Of a stretch of 64,000 nucleotides of DNA, positions 63,606 to 64,000 are shown one piece after another. How positions within the stretch are numbered: position 1 is the first letter of the stretch; each line of letters starts with the position of its first letter. Source of the stretch: Verrucomicrobiota bacterium. GTDB lineage: Bacteria > Verrucomicrobiota > Verrucomicrobiia > Limisphaerales > CANJSG01. A program made the translations under genes and the position numbers. The DNA is taken from NCBI GenBank assembly GCA_043775315.1, contig JAYVSO010000010.1, positions 17,631 to 81,630 of the forward strand, read 5' to 3'. The notes beneath the pieces were generated by a model, which worked only from the letters and a program-made list of their open reading frames with translations, was not told where the DNA came from and did no database searches.

Positions 63606-63648
63606 GGCAGTAGGCACTACTGCACATGGAGCTAAGTGCCTGCCTTTG
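63606..63648 (+). terminator. Probable mdh terminator hairpin
   Basis: GGCA-g-taGGCACT ..16 nt.. AGTGCC-TGCC followed by TTT, starting 3 nt after the mdh stop. Confidence 0.4.
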
Positions 63649-63679
63649 AAAGGGTCTTGACGAGTATGAATTTGTATCA

Positions 63680-63705
63680 ATCTATACTCGTTTTTAAGTA
63701 TAGAT
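63680..63705. repeat. 9-bp perfect inverted repeat ATCTATACT-N8-AGTATAGAT upstream of the terminal ATPase gene
   Basis: Read directly. It sits ~25 nt upstream of the ATG at 63731 in AT-rich DNA. Confidence 0.7.
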
Positions 63706-63730
63706 GGGTATACATGGTTACTAAATTACG

Positions 63731-64000
63731 ATGGACCCGATCAAAAATCCTTTTGCGCCAGGCGCTGGCTCACCTCCTCCCGAGCTGGTAGGACGAGATC
63801 CAATTCTTGAACAAGCTCGAGTTCTTTTGGGCCGGGTGAGGCAGAAGAAACCGGAGAAGAGCATGCTGCTCACTGGCCTCAGGGGAGTAGGGAAAACCGT
63901 TCTTTTGAACGAGATCGAGCGATTGGCCAAGACTCAAGAATACCGGACCGTTTTCATAGAAGCTCATGAAAACAAGCCTTTGGGACCTCTGGTTGCTCCC
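63731..64000 (+). CDS. AAA+/STAND-like ATP-binding protein, N-terminal 90 aa only (runs off the window)
   Basis: Hand translation: MDPIKNPFAPGAGSPPPELVGRDPILEQARVLLGRVRQKKPEKSMLLTGLRGVGKTVLLNEI... This shows the FxPG..P..fvGR lead-in plus Walker A GLRGVGKT. The frame is open to position 64000. The ORF is not in the track because it has no stop. Confidence 0.65.
   Translation, partial: MDPIKNPFAPGAGSPPPELVGRDPILEQARVLLGRVRQKKPEKSMLLTGLRGVGKTVLLNEIERLAKTQEYRTVFIEAHENKPLGPLVAP

Overview
High-GC (about 63-66% by eye) bacterial chromosomal window. Gene content (PEP-CTERM protein, DUF1080, PQQ-propeller, Y_Y_Y kinase, long PstC) suggests a Verrucomicrobiota/PVC-like organism; this is inference only. 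Both window edges (1-~470 and 63604-64000) drop to visibly lower GC and look like borders of foreign DNA.

Gene order:
- A 5'-truncated actP remnant.
- A complete minus-strand Pho cluster: porin-pstSCAB-phoU-extra receiver-phoB-phoR.
- An AraC regulator, then exbB-exbD-tonB-exbD.
- A two-partner secretion pair (TpsB/TpsA) with a downstream membrane-anchored unknown.
- Three secreted proteins, two of them sharing an unnamed paralogous module (one PEP-CTERM anchored).
- An internally deleted IS481-type element.
- A tightly coupled 9-gene minus-strand operon of uncharacterised membrane/lipid-type genes: GbsR regulator, DCC, MBOAT_2, membrane proteins, SRPBCC, two DUF2071, YfcH-like.
- Housekeeping and signalling genes: recA, mdh, mobA, moxR/DUF58, beta-carbonic anhydrase, M23 peptidase and several two-component systems.

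Three genes between 25.7 and 41.1 kb carry inactivating lesions: in-frame TAA, in-frame TAG, and a +1 frameshift in a G7 run. I found no rRNA, tRNA or CRISPR array.

No single obvious novel system stands out. The best candidates are the secreted-paralog/TPS cluster, the GbsR-to-YfcH operon, a membrane pseudokinase fused to DUF1080, and an alpha/beta-hydrolase fused to a SAM-hydroxide-adenosyltransferase-like C-domain.

All domain calls come from motif recognition by eye, with no searches run. CDS coordinates follow the supplied ORF track, with starts re-picked where the track ORF is an obvious 5' over-extension. Hand-located motifs may be off by 1-2 nt.
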